Positions 49,887 through 62,940 of a DNA stretch of 64,000 nt are shown here, in pieces. Positions within the stretch are counted from its first letter, which is position 1, and every line of letters begins with the position of its first letter. Both the position numbers and the translations under genes were made by a program. This DNA comes from Gnetum montanum (taxonomy: Eukaryota > Plantae > Gnetophyta). The stretch spans positions 373,213 through 437,212 of the forward strand of contig MNCI01000286.1 in assembly GCA_015680685.1 (NCBI GenBank), in the 5' to 3' direction. The notes below the pieces were generated by a model that made no database searches, was not told the DNA's origin, and saw only the letters and a list, made by a program, of their open reading frames with translations.

Positions 49887-49903
49887 CCCTCCTTCTAGTG
49901 CCA
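49887..49903 (-). other. T2 primer binding site, tRNA-Asn
   Basis: Identical to the T1 PBS. Confidence 0.8.
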
Positions 49904-49909
49904 GAAAAC

Positions 49910-51685
49910 TATGATGATCAAAAACATTGATGGCTAAAACACCAAGGACTTTGTGGGTGCATAGCCTTAACCCCACCTCTACGTAAGGTCCTTACTAGAA
50001 AATGAAGGTAGAGCGCCCTAGATGTTCTTGTCGATCGAACAAGAACTTTGCTAGCTACAACCAAGGTATTGGATGCAACTGGGATGTAACTGGGAGTGGC
50101 ATCGTTAGCTAAAATGTAAGTGTTGACATTGTGAAATAATGCTAAGCATTCTAAGAGTGTTTTTGGTAGTACCAAGGCCGACTAAGCCTGAGCGTAGCAA
50201 GGTTTCTCAACATGAGAATGCTAGTGCAAATGTGCAAAAAACATGTAAAGTAGCAAGGAGATGTGAATGTAGTACTAAAATATTAAAGAAAAATGCATCA
50301 GAAATGCTTGAAAATGCAAAGTTTGAGAGAGAGAGAATGGCACCATCCCAAATGGGAAGCATAGAAATTAGAAAAGAGAGGTGAGAAGGTATGTAGTATA
50401 TAGACAAGTGCAATAGCAGTGTAGCCACAGTCTTTGGGGTGTCCCAAGGTGAAGACCAACGTCCACTACAAAGTTTGAGCCTCCTAGGTTGGCTACTGCG
50501 ATGTCCTACGGGCTACGATGCACTATGATGCTGAATGGGCTGCAAAGGTGTTGCCAAGATGCTAATACGTTCTAGTGTGTGGGGTTCTCAAGGTGCCTTA
50601 AGTGCTAAGTGTACTCAAGCCTAATGCCAAAGATTATCAAATTGACAAGCAGGCACAAAATTGCCAACCAAAAATGCCAACTGCTACTTGAATTTGCCAA
50701 CCAAATGCCTCAAAATGCTAACCCCTAAACTGTGAAATGTAGGGGTATTTATAGGATTAGGATTAACATAAAGTATGAATTGGGTGCCATGTGGCAAAGG
50801 GGGTAGATGGGGCTATGCTAACCTTTGCTATGCTCCTCCTAGAGTAACAAGTGCTATGCTTTGGTATGCTTCATTGGATCCCAAGAGACTACCAAATAAT
50901 ACCTCTACTACCAAGACTGCATGTGCCAAGATTGCAATGTACCTACAAATAGTGCAAAATAGTGCAATTTGGAGACTACACTCTGGGACTACACTCTCCC
51001 ATCTTTCAAACATAGGTACAATTTGGGACAAACAGGAGGTGCAAGAGAATGAAAATTGTTGATCTTGCTTGCTAGAGGAGTGCTAGAGCTAGAATGAAGG
51101 CTTGTGCTAAGCTCTAGAAACTTTTAGAGGTAGTTCCATATTGCCACACTCTAGAGCGTAGCCCAATAGTTAGGCAAATTTTGCAACAAAAGGAAGTCCA
51201 GCACTGCTACGCTTACTACACTCATGAGGTAGTAGGAGGGGACATGGGATAACATGGACACTTAAAAAAATCTAGTAAAAATTATAGTTCTTGTTCTTGC
51301 TACACCAGCTATGCTCTAGAGCATAACAGGAGGGGTAGCCTCAGGAGTTAGAAAATCTTCCAAACTATTTCTTTCATTCTGAGCTAGCTTGACAACTTCT
51401 AGCTTAACACTCATGCAAACTAGCCACTAGAGTGCTACTACACTTAAGAGTGTAGTAGGAGAAATGGAAGTGTTGCAGGGCACTTAAAACAATTTCTGCA
51501 ATCATTTTTGATGCTTAGAAAATTTTGCAAACATGGTTTTGTGCTACATGCTACACTGGCTATGCTCTAGAGCATAGCTCCAACAGTGGGATCATGGGCT
51601 AAACACTTAGAAGAAGTTTGCCTCATGCTAACACTTAGGTAAATTTGTAGTCGAGGTGTTATAGCCTGAAATTGGTGGTGTTTCA
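49910..51685 (-). repeat. T2 5' LTR
   Basis: Partner of 31190-32967. Confidence 0.93.
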
Positions 51686-53489
51686 AGGTTTTCTCTATGT
51701 TGTCAAGTCATGAGAGACTAATTATTTGAAAAATGAGACCAAATAATCCATCCACTCATTCCATTAATAAGAGGTTCTTGCCCCAGTCATAATGATATTC
51801 TTTTTCATCATCCAGCCTAAAAATAATTCCTTAATCATTGTGTCTAGATAAAAGAGTGTAAGACCAAGGCTGCAAGACCAAGGCAGAATGTAAAGGATGT
51901 GACATCAAGGAGATTTGTGGATTTTCTTTGGCCACTTTTGTATGTTCTATCATGTTGCTGAGGTTCAAATTATATCCTTGTAGATCTAACAAAAAATGGA
52001 AGTAAGAGTATCATAAAAAGGCATTGAATAATTTCTGTGGATCCCACTAGAAAGACATGCACCCATACCTAAAGGTTGATGGCTTTCCAAAACTTCCCTA
52101 AAAAAAACACACACATGTGTCCTCCATTGGACAAAATGCCAAGTGATGTTACTCCTTGCAACTATGATATTCTTATGGTCATCAACTAAAGTGATGAAAT
52201 TATGTGATGTCACTAAAATGTGGTTTGACTTGGTTTGAATCTTGGAAAGAAGGGATCATGATTATTTAACCATTAATAACACACAAGGATTCATTGTGCC
52301 TATGGTAAGACACCTCATGTCCCAATTTCTACAATCCTTTTTGCAGTCCACCTCATCTCACTATCCATCTAATCCTAACTTGTGGTTTTGTGTAACATAG
52401 AGTTATTATCTCAAATTGGTGGTTTTAACATGTGTGTTTTGTTGCATAGGTATGTGTTGCATTTAACCCCTTTAGTACCTACTGACATTTTTAGGTGTTG
52501 TTACATAAGGGCATCATAGGTTGGAGCCTGCTTTGGGGAGGACCCACTTGTGTAATTTTTGTAACTTGTACTTGTTTGACACAACCACATCATTCTTCAC
52601 CTTCCAAGTGCATAGTTGTTAAATTTCGTAGTTTTCTTTCTCATGTAATTGATCCATTCACAACCTTGATTTAAATGCCCTTTTTCTTGATTCTTCCAAA
52701 TCTTTTCATGTCAACAACTCCACCTTCTCATACTTTTGGTGCCTCCAATTGATTTTCCACTTACCCTAGAATCATGATCTAACCTCAAACCTTCCCATCA
52801 ACCATAGAGCTTTGTTTCTTATGCTTAGTACCCCCATGAGATGCCTATCCATGAATCTTGATATTGAGTACCTAACATTGGATGGGATGCAACATTAAAT
52901 ACCTAATATTGGGTTGCATAAAACCTATAAATATGACCCCCATAATTCCCAAACTTCATTTTCATCATTTGTAGCTAGGGAAGTTGTTGAAAGTTTCTCT
53001 TGAGACTCTAAGCTCTATGCAGTCAATTACAACCTGCAATATTTGGCTCTCTACCACTCCAATTCTCATATTGTTTGAACCTATTTGACCCCAAAGTGTT
53101 CTAATTAGTTATGGAGGGATGCTTGTGTGAGAAACTTATGCCATTTTTCCAAAATTTTGTTATCTCTTAAAGGATATTATAAGGGTAAGAACGTTAAAAA
53201 CCATAAGTGTTATACTAAAAAATCACTTATGGTAATGCCAAAAATCTTAATCTTTTCACCCAAGGGACCATAACCATTATAATAAGCCACACATAAGGAA
53301 AAAGAAACCAATTGTGAAGGGTCATAAAAGATGGTAAACACTTTTTGAGGATTTTTCTTGAAAATTTTTCTAACTCTACAATCATATAAACTAAAGAACT
53401 TAATGAAATTAAGGTCATAAGCATGGTATACATCCATTAATGATAAATATTGGCACCTTAGAAACACTTGATCTTTGCTTGATTATAGA

Positions 53490-54900
53490 TGGTCCCAAAA
53501 AGAGGAGCACAAAGAGAACCTTCGTAGAGAGTGCCCAAATGCCCAAGAGGTGGTAGGGGACACCAAGGTGAGCTAGTAGAGCATGAAGAATACGAAGCCA
53601 AATCTTTCAACATCCATCAAGAGGTTCCTATTACTGGACAATCAGTCCAAGAAGAGGCTATAGAACCACCAACTCCTATGTAGGGACAACATCTCACATC
53701 ACCCCTTGCATTCCTTATGATCATTCAAGAAAAGTCCACATTAATCATGGTCATCGTGGAGATGAACTTTGGTCCATTAATGGCATTTTCCCTAAAAGTA
53801 GTTTAGACACAACTCCAGGTGTTGCCATTGTGGCCTATTCTCTTAGATAGTGGTGATTGGTACCTTGGCTAGACCCACCAATTCTAGCACAACAAAGATG
53901 AAGGCACCATTGTCAACATTTTTGGAGTCAACGTCTCATTCTCAATCAAGGCAATTGCAACAACTCTTAATTTGCCAAATGAGGAGGCTAAGGTAGCCCA
54001 TTTGTCCACAAAGTCTGACCTCGACACCAAGAAGCTATGGCTGAAATGGACATACGGCAAAGAGGACAAAGCATATGATGGATTAACTCTGGAGGAAAGG
54101 ACATACTCCAAGATTGGCACATACCATCTTTTCCTGAACAAAGGACTTAATAAGATCTCAACATATGCAGCCAAAGGAAGTGCTATCTTAATGGGCAAAT
54201 ACATGGCCAACCTTCCTTAATTCTATTTCACAAAAATTCATAGGTAGTTCAAGGAGAAAAAGGCAAGGAAGCCTTTTTCAGAGGTAGTTCAAGGAGAAAA
54301 AGGCAAGGAAGCACAAATGATGTCCCCAAGAAGGCTCAAAAAACTTCATTCAAAGAGTTGCTCAAACCTAAATATTGAGGATTTGAAAGAGTACATGACA
54401 TTGGCTAACCTCAGATATGCCAACCTTGCCATGTTAATAGTAGGCCAACTTAGAAGCAAGCTAGAGAAGCAGGTAGCAACCACCTATGCATTGTATGAAA
54501 AAGAGTTTGCAGATAGAAAAGATGCTTTGTAAAAGCTCCATGTGGCAAACTTGGAATATAATGTGGTTAAAGCTAGTTACCATGGACAGAGGGATGTCAC
54601 CTCAAACCTAGCTAGAAGATTAACAAATTATCAAGAATTAAGAGAAAAAGCTAGGACCTTTGAAGAAGAACGATAGCAGTTTTTAGCTTGGTATGTGAAG
54701 GCCAATAAAATGTTTCCACAGCTACCATGCCCTTGGGACATACTAACGCCAGCACACATCAATTCAGTAGCCTAGACAATACATGATCCAAGGACGGAAG
54801 AGGAGAACTTGCAGGCATTGCTTGATCGCTACAGATTTCACAAGCCTAGCAACAAAGGGAAGCACCCAATAGAAGAGCCATCGTCTCTAGGAATCACATG
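53490..54900 (+). pseudogene. B extra ORF (Athila ORF2/env-position type; helical, coiled-coil-like C-terminus)
   Basis: ORF fragments 53972-54220 and 54317-54532 plus homology to A's extra ORF; internal 31 bp duplication at ~54242 and ~54282. Confidence 0.65.
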
Positions 54901-55089
54901 AGCTTCCCCAAGTTGTGTCTTATAATTTTGTGTCCAATTTTTGTAAAACACAACTATGGCATGTATAAGTCCATTTTTATTTTTTTCTAAGTTAGTTAAT
55001 AATTCCATACCGTTCCACCAATTTTTGTAAAGAGCTTTTTCCTCATTTTGTTTAACTTGAGGACAAGTTTTCATTCAATCGTGGGGGTA

Positions 55090-55976
55090 TGATGAGTCAT
55101 CACTATGTTAGCCCCAATATCAGATAACCAATATCAAGGCTCTAACATCAGATACGTAATATCGGGTCCCAAGAAACAATGTCGAATATCTGATATCATC
55201 TCTTTTGTGCTAGCCTATAAATACAACACTTGGGTGCATGATTGGAACATATTTTTAATTTCAATTTTTCATAGTCTTTCTTAGATTTCTAAATTCAAGT
55301 TCTGTTATGCCCAATGCATGCCCACAATATGATGTTTGTAATTGTACAACACCTTTGTTCAAGTGTGACGTACTTGGACATATTACATGACTAGAAATAA
55401 AGATCAAGATTACTTCCATCATTACTAAATTCACTTAGATTTATTATTTCTTTAATTATTTAATTGCTTAATTATTTACTATTTTATTTATTTAATTTTT
55501 CCATTTATTACTATTTACTATTCTTGTCATTAAGTGGAATGAGTACGACTTAATCATGAGCGCTTAAGTGTAAGTACTTGGTAATCCAGCAGTGTATCGC
55601 TTGGCACACCTAGTGACATATGCTTGGCAATCCCAACAGTAGTTATATGAAGTCCAAGGCATGTATAGATGATTAGGAATGGATACTCATTTCACATAGG
55701 CTAGTTTAGATCTTATTTTCCATTGTTCATTAGCTTAATTAATTTATCTCTTTATCGTCATTAGGAGCAGCATAAGATTAGACAACATCATATGCCTCAC
55801 TTTCGAATAAACCATATGTGAGAAAGCTACCACTAGTCCAAGTGGAAAGATAGCAAACTATGATCAAAGCATAACCATTTGATGCACAACTAGTTCCATC
55901 CACGAAATTCGACTGGATCATGCATGAACACTTGTGATTCATATGGTTGGGCATAGGGGTACCTCACCACTCATCA
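55090..55976 (+). repeat. B 3' LTR
   Basis: Follows PPT GTGGGGGTA; partner of 27535-28408. Confidence 0.95.
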
Positions 55977-55981
55977 TTTGT

Positions 55982-56400
55982 ATACCACTTGAACCCCACA
56001 ATACAACCTATCAAGGTGATGTTTTTCTTTGCTAGGGCTTGTGCTACACTGAGTGAGAAATTCCTCATTAACTTGCCATAACTCATCTTCTTGGAAATTG
56101 AAAGATACTTCAAAAAAATAAGAAAGGTAGGAAGATACTCATCTGTTCATGTCTCGTCATAAAATTATAAAACAGAGGATGAGTTTCTTGCTACTTGAAT
56201 AACATCCTCTACAAGGCCATCATAGTGTCTGGGTATGAGATAATGAATGAAAATCCATCATTAAGACTCTAGAAAGAAACATTACCTTCACCAACCAAGG
56301 AGACACTAGGTGCTGGAGCAAGAATTTAGGAACTAATAGCATCTCATCAAGTACTTGATGGAGGATCTAGAGATTATCATCTTACAATGAGCCATTTAAA
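55982..56400 (+). pseudogene. Element A extra ORF, 3' part
   Basis: Removing B and one TSD gives continuous RIYFKIFV|YHL...ARACATLSEKFLINLP*LIFLEIERYFK, matching B's RTYSKIGTYHL...AKGSAILMGKYMANLP*FYFTKIHR*FK. End coordinate approximate. Confidence 0.7.
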
Positions 56401-56478
56401 TGAAGTTTCTTCAATAGTTAGTTATTAGTAGGATGATCTTTCCAACCTTTTCTTCATAAGAAAAATTTAAATTTAGTT

Positions 56479-56555
56479 GGGGACGGGAGGTGGGGGGGGT
56501 GTGGTTGGGGGTTGGGGGTTGGGGTGGGTGTGGGGTAAGACATATAGTGGGGGTA
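56479..56555 (+). repeat. G-rich tract (G-quadruplex-capable) ending in the probable PPT of element A
   Basis: About nine G3-G8 runs with short spacers. Confidence 0.8.
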
Positions 56556-57729
56556 TGTGTGTATTTATTTGACCCTAAAATAATTAAGAGTACCTTACAT
56601 TAACAATATATAGAAGAGAATATCTAAAGAGAACCCAATGATTTTGGAGATGCCTTTCCAAATTTTCATCTTTACAACCAATCTTGAAAACTTATTCTTT
56701 AGGGTAAGGCCTTACCCTTGTTTAGAAGTGCTCCCATGGGCTTTTACTTTTTATTAGAGGATTTCTTGTAAAGAGAAGAAAAAAACTTTCTCTAAAGACA
56801 AAGAAGGCATCAATTAGAAATAATGAACAAATAGCAATAGAAGCTGAAAGCTTCCCAAACTTAAGCCTCCAAAACAAAAAGAAATTAAGATTTCAGAAAA
56901 TAAATTAATTGTTTAGTTTTTCTTTTACTTCAAAGTTTAAAATAAATAAGATCTAGTAGAAGTACAACATGATGATTAATAAATATGAGTGAAGATAACA
57001 TAGATTTACAAAATAAATATTTTCCTACCATACTAAACATTTTTTCTTTCTAGTTATTCCAAAGTCCCAAAGACTTTAGGAAGCACCCTTAAAAGAAAAG
57101 GAAATGCTCCAAACTTTAAATATATATTTTTAAAATATTTATTGATTCCTTATTGCTTAATAAGGTGCAGTTGTATCTTCATTGCTTACAACAAAAGACT
57201 TTTTTCATTTGATTTTTGATCTAAATAACTTGTGATGTTCATCAATTCGATTGAGTAATTGTATTAGAGAAAGAAGTTCATTCTGTGTTTCTTTGAAAAT
57301 AAAAAAACAAAAAAATTTAAAAATAAAACCTAAGTACAACTATAGTACATTTGACTATAAAAATAAAATAAATACAAACTAATGAATATAAAAAATAAAC
57401 TCTCAACATTAACATTAACATTGCCTAATGAATAATAATCACTTATTCTTAAAACAATTATCTCTAGTAAAATATAATAATATTAAAATCATAAAAGAGA
57501 TAGAGTAATGTTATTATAGTTCAAAAGTAAAATATGGAAATCAAAATGTCTTATTACATCATGAAGAATCCTCAAAATTTGTATAGGATAAATCCTTAAA
57601 AGCCTTGTTACTCATGCGAAAGAACATACAAAGAATGCATTTCCTTATTGCAAAGGTTCCATGAATATTACCATCCAAAGATAAATAAATCATATATCAT
57701 TAAAAAATCATAACTCGTATATTCTTGTT

Positions 57730-58404
57730 GTGCAAGTTGGAAAGGTCATCGGTATGGATTCCTTTTTAGGTTTCCATCCAAGACCAACTCAGCGAGTGTA
57801 TGTTAAAATTAATATGCAAAAGCAACATCCCAACTCATTGGAATTTAATGTGAAAGGAAAGACTTTTGCTCAAAAAATTTCATATCTTACGCTCCCAAAC
57901 CATTGTTATTATTTTCTTGATCCTAATCATCAAAAAGCTCAATGTCCAAAGTTATTGGTCAAGATTAAAGCCGAGAGAATTTTAGCTAAACAAGTTATGA
58001 AAGAATTAAAAGATAAAAATATATCTAAGGATATAGGTGATGATACTGTTGAGGTGCACTTGGCTAAGCCTTCTTCTTCAAACCCCAAGATGTCAAATGT
58101 CAAAGATATGAATATGAAGGATGCCGATGTTACTAAGACTCCTCTTAACCAAGAAGGGGTCCCAAAAGATGCTACTAGTGGCTAGGAGTTAGTTACTTAG
58201 AAATCTTATGCCTTAGTCACACAAAATAACCCTATCTTTAGTGATTTCCCCAAAGGACATCAATCCACGATTGTTGCTAATGCTAATCAATCGCTAGCAA
58301 AAGAACAAGTGCTTGTCATCCTTTAGTAAATAGCTTCAAGTCTAGAAATTCTTTTTAAGGCCTTAGTGGTTGAGGGGAATCCTCCTTCATCTTCACATCC
58401 ATAA
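57730..58404 (+). pseudogene. LINE ORF1 C-terminal part
   Basis: GKVIG.D....RVYVKI....P...Q.I.Y..LPNHCYY....NHQKAQCP (decayed zf-CCHC_4-like); final in-frame TAA at 58402-58404. Confidence 0.8.
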
Positions 58405-61400
58405 TGAAGTGTTGCTCATGGAATGTTAGGGGACTCTCAAATCCCCGTAGAAGATATATAGTCCAACATTATATTTGTAGGCATTCCCTTAATGTTTTTT
58501 GTATTCAAGAAGTTAAAATCCAAGGATTCCATCTTCAAACTTGTTGTAAGAGTATTTTTTCCAATAGTTATTATGTCTCTTCTCACCATGAACATGGCAA
58601 AGGGGGAGCTATAATTCTTCTTCACAATAAGTGACAGGAGTCTGTTATTGATCACAGTTGTGATGATTCGCAACATCGTTGTTGGGTTTAGTTATAGTAT
58701 GCTAATGAAATCCTAGGGATCATTTTCATTTGTGCTCCTTGTAATCTGAATGATCAAAAGCTTTTTTGGAATGGGCTCAAGCACAACTTGCCCATAGCTA
58801 ATTGGATCATCACATGGGACTTTAATATGATTAAGCATAATAGGGATCTTTCTGTTTGGCTTTCATTGAAGAGCAAATTGAATTTGCAAGAAGCTAATGG
58901 AAACTACCCCTCTTCTAGTACCTCTAATTGGTTTACTTGGAGCAATGCTAGACATGGAGACTCCTACATTTCTTCTAGGTTGAATCAGGTTTACCTATCT
59001 ATGAATGCTTCTATTTAATTTACTACCACCAACAATGCTCATATTCAAGCAAATTATACCTAAGTTTTGTCAGATCATTATCCTATTCACTAGTCTCTAT
59101 CCCTCTCTAGCTACTCCTACTCTTCCAATGACCTTTATATTTTTAACATTGCCTTTGTTCATAGTAGTTCCCTTTGCTCTTTATTGATGCAAATATGGAA
59201 TTTGCATCCTAAACCCCTTGAAGAAGATGGTTGGATTGATTGGTGGACTTATGCTTGTACTCACCTCCAGCAGTTTTCCAAACATGCGGGAAATTGGTGG
59301 CTTTAAGGCTAAATTCTCATAAGTCCAACCTTCATAAGGAAATCTCCTTATTATAAAATGCCATTAATAGAGGTGAAGCTACTAAGGCTTAATTTTGTTG
59401 CTTGTAAATTGCCAAGGAGAACATGCATATGATGGATCACCATGAAGCTAGAGGTGCTCACCTTCATGCCCATCTTTCTTGGCTCTGCATGGGTGACTAG
59501 GCTACTAAATATTTTTTTCATTTTCTCAATGGGGGACACCTATTCCCTAAAGTCCCAGCTATTCAAGTCAATGATAATATCTTTACCTCCAAGATTAACA
59601 TTTGACAGGCTTTCTTTGAGTTCTACTCTTGAATTTTTTGAAAAGAAGATATTGATCCCACTACAATTAATACCTACTTAGGAGTTATTACTCCTTTCAA
59701 TCATTCCATCTTTGGTGATTCTTCTCTTCTTTCTAAATAGGATTTTGGTAAATCTCTTCAACAACTCCATGATGGCAAAGCCCCTGGTATGGATTGTCTT
59801 CCTACAGAATTTTTCAAGAAATTTTGGCCCACTCTTCAAGATACTATCTATAGTATGCTCTTAGGAAAGGTTCCTTTGGCAAAGTAATCAATGTTGGTAT
59901 TATTAAGCTTCTACCCAAGTTAGGAGATCATATGCACATTAGCAACTGGCACCCTACCACTCTTTAAATGTTATCTACAAAACTGTTGCTAAAGCTATAG
60001 CCAATAAATTAAAACCTTTTCTTCCTCATCTCATAAGCAAAGACCAAACTAGTTTTGTTCAAGGGAAGTATATTTTAGACAATGTCGTTACTGCTATTGG
60101 GGGTTTGCATTGGGCTTCTTGCACTAATCAAAAAGATATTCTTCTTAAGCTTGATTTTGCAAAAGCTTATGACATGCTTGATTGGTCCTTTTTAAGAAAT
60201 ATAATTAAGCATCATAACGTAGGTACTATTTTTGATAAACATATCAATCTGGTTTTGACAGAGGCCTCTTCAGTTATTTGTATTAACAGAACCTTCTCTA
60301 AGGTTATCGAGCTTCAAAAATTAGTACAACAGAGATGCCCTTTAGCTCCTTATCTTTTTATCCTAGCTTCTGGTGCTCTTGGAGCTATTCTTAGATCTCA
60401 CAATGAATTTATGAGGTTAAGAGGTATCTCTCTTCCACAAGAAGGAAAGGATCTCATTTATAGCTAGTTTGTGGATGACACTTTTCTTGAGGACCATAAT
60501 AACTTTACCACTACCATGGATTGCATTGACATCTATTGTAGAGCCTCAAGAGCTAAAATCAATTGGAACAAAATGCAAGCTATTTGGTCTAGCTTCTCTC
60601 CAAGGCCTACTTGGACTTATCATTTTAATATCAAGTGGCTTTCTCCAACAAGTGTTTTCACCATTTTGGATATCCCGATAGCTTTATTTGGCACTCCCAC
60701 TACCTTATGGAATAATGTGGTGGAAAAAGTGAAACATAAAGCTTTGAAATGGGCTTTTAAACCCTTATCTCCTACAAGTAGATTTATCATAGTTAATCAT
60801 ATTTTGAGCTCCACTCATGTGTACTACTCTTCCTTTATGGCTCCTTCCAAATCTTCCTTTTAATGCATCAAAAAAAATTTAGGAATTTTTTATGGGAGGA
60901 TAAGGACAATCACAAAGCTTTTCATTGAGTTTCTTGGGATATTTGCACTTTAAGCAAGGAACATGAAGGCTTAGGCCTCACCTCTATTAAGCACCAAAGT
61001 ATTTTCTTGGCCTCCAAGTGGATCACTCGCTATATAGAAGGAGATAAAGCTTGGAAGATCCTTTTTAGGCATAATATTTCTTGTCTTGGTAATCACTATA
61101 GATAGAAAAACACTCATTGGAGCAATTGGATCATTAGCAAAGGTTCTTAGAAGATTATAGATTCTTTCTTGTTCAAGCAAATTTGGCGGTGTTGGAGTCA
61201 ACTTAAAGGCTTTTTGCAATGGAAACCTTCCTATATAAGCTTAAACTCTTTGTCGATGCACTCCATCTAGTGGTCTCCTATTTTTAAAAAGAGTTTGGGT
61301 TGTCTTTATGACAAATTCTCTCATAGAGCCAATCGTTTTGCCTATCACAATCTCCATCATGTTGCTCAATTATTTACTATTAGGAATGATTCTACTACCC

Positions 61401-61500
61401 TCTTTTGGCAACATGCCAAAGTAAAATGGGGGTTTCAAAGACAAGATACTCTTATTTATCAGCACATTGAGCATGTTCTCTCCAACTTTGGTGTTCCTTA
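58404..61500 (+). pseudogene. LINE ORF2 (APE endonuclease and RT)
   Basis: SWNVRGL, CIQEVK, WDFN, SRLN.VY, SDH; KAPGMD, KLDFAKAYD, QQRCPLAPYLF, FVDDT. Confidence 0.93.
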
Positions 61501-61509
61501 GTTGCATAA

Positions 61510-62410
61510 TAATACTCCTCTGGACTAAGGACGGCTGATTCTCCATAAAGATTGTTTGGGATGCAACATCCGCTCTCGATCCCCAATCTGAACCTGAGCT
61601 TGGGATTATGGTTGGTTATCAATGCCACAATTTTTTCTTCCCAATCTGTGGTGTCCTTTTCTTGCAGAGGGCACTCTTTCCCGTTCAAACATTCTTTCAC
61701 ATTCAAACAGAAGACCAGCTCTTCTAAACTAGGAAAGCAAAAATTAATCATTCTTGATATCCTGCTTGAAGTCCATAGACCACCGGCACAGAAGTCAATT
61801 TCAATTTCAAGAAATTTCACCGCATGTCCACATTTGTTTTGAATAGGAATAGTATTCCAAGAAAATGGGTGCAATCAATACAGGCTCAGGATACCACTCA
61901 TTTATACTTTATCAAATACTGGAAATCGATACTCGCATTCCACATATCCATGATGACTAAATTGACAGGTTGCTTGAACTTTGGCAGGGCTTTTTCTCTC
62001 AGTGGCAGTGTTGTTGCAGCGCTGGAAGTCAAGAAAGATGCCTAAGATTTCCATATAAGATCATTATCTATCATCATACTACCAAATTCATTCCATTTAG
62101 ACCAGTTTTGTACATCCATCCCAACCCATACTATATGTGTAACTGACAATTTAGAAATCATGTTGGAGAGAATCACAACTTCTTGGAATTTCCTGAAACA
62201 ATTCCTGAAGATATGTACTCCCCTCCCTGTAATCTTCCTTGCTGCTGGTTTCCATGTTATTGCCTTGGATGCCTTCCTGAGAATCGGATGTCTCTACGAG
62301 AGCCCAGAAAAATAGAAGCCAAGAGAGTATCTTGGATGCTTCCTATATCAAAAGGCTCTTCAAGCAAAACCAGGAGAAAGTTATTCGCTCTCATTTGCCT
62401 TGTATAGATA
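61510..62410 (-). pseudogene. Gene-like fragment, possibly F-box/LRR-type C-terminus
   Basis: CpG retained, unlike the flanks; LRR-like phrases LPKFKQPVNLVI, VKFLEI and FPSLEELVF; interrupted frames. Confidence 0.3.
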
Positions 62411-62698
62411 GAATTTCTAGCAAAGTTCCATGATTGGATTTATTTTTTTTTTCTTTTTTTCTTTTTCTTTTTTTAAAATCAATAGTCTTACCACTAGTCT
62501 AATATGTCATTGTTAAATAATAATGATAATAATGTTTTAATAATAAGCATAAGAGATCCCACTCATAACTTGGAAACTTTCTTAGCCTTGGGTACTCATT
62601 TAAGGTGAAACAAAATTTGAGGTATTTTGCCATGCATATGGTTTAAATATTTTATTTTTACTTTTATTTTTATTGTTCTTTAGGTGGTGGAGAGGAGA

Positions 62699-62940
62699 TA
62701 TTGGAACCCCAAAGAATGACTTTAAATCCACCCTAAGCCATATACCCAACACTATACCTTAGAAGGATTATAAAGGAATATAACAATGCCTTTTGTCTAA
62801 CACTATAAGCTAACAACTTAAGCTACTTATAGGTTCAATTCTAGTGAGTAATGCTCAGTTATAGAGTTCTAATTTGACTACATGTTTTTGGGGGTAAATA
62901 GTGTTTTAAAAAAAAATTTCAAGTTCCAACACCCCCCACT
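62699..62940 (-). repeat. Short (~233 bp) 3' LTR plus PPT of another LTR element
   Basis: Termini T(G>A)TTGGAAC...GTTCCAACA (62699-62931) abutted by CCCCCCACT, which is the PPT AGTGGGGGG on the minus strand. Confidence 0.55.

Larger units (their letters stand above)
31190..51685 (-). mobile_element. Full-length Tat/Ogre-like element T2 (20.5 kb), same architecture as T1
   Basis: Paired LTRs, TSD AGGTT (31185-31189 / 51686-51690, left boundary +/-1), PBS 49887-49903, PPT 32968-32980. Confidence 0.95.
27535..55976 (+). mobile_element. Non-autonomous Athila-like element B (gag plus extra ORF, no pol; ~7.9 kb without T2)
   Basis: LTR pair with TGATGAGT...ACTCATCA termini, TSD TTTGT (27530-27534 / 55977-55981), tRNA-Asp-type PBS, PPT 55081-55089. 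Confidence 0.93.
2140..56555 (+). mobile_element. Athila-like Ty3/gypsy element A (host of T1 and B); 5' LTR and gag not identified
   Basis: RT reads through the T1 insertion and the extra ORF reads through the B insertion. The 3' non-coding region (25240-26120) has blocks homologous to element B (51890-52545). A PPT identical to B's (GTGGGGGTA, 56547-56555) is followed by TG. Confidence 0.7.
57730..61510 (+). mobile_element. L1-clade LINE, truncated at both ends, decayed
   Basis: ORF1 zinc-knuckle remnant plus ORF2 APE endonuclease and RT; no poly(A) tail or TSD seen. Confidence 0.92.

Noticed and set aside
62442-62473. T-rich tract as the poly(A) tail of the LINE or of a retrocopy
   Set aside because: It is on the wrong strand for the + strand LINE and lies 5' of the minus-strand gene-like fragment; no TSD was found.
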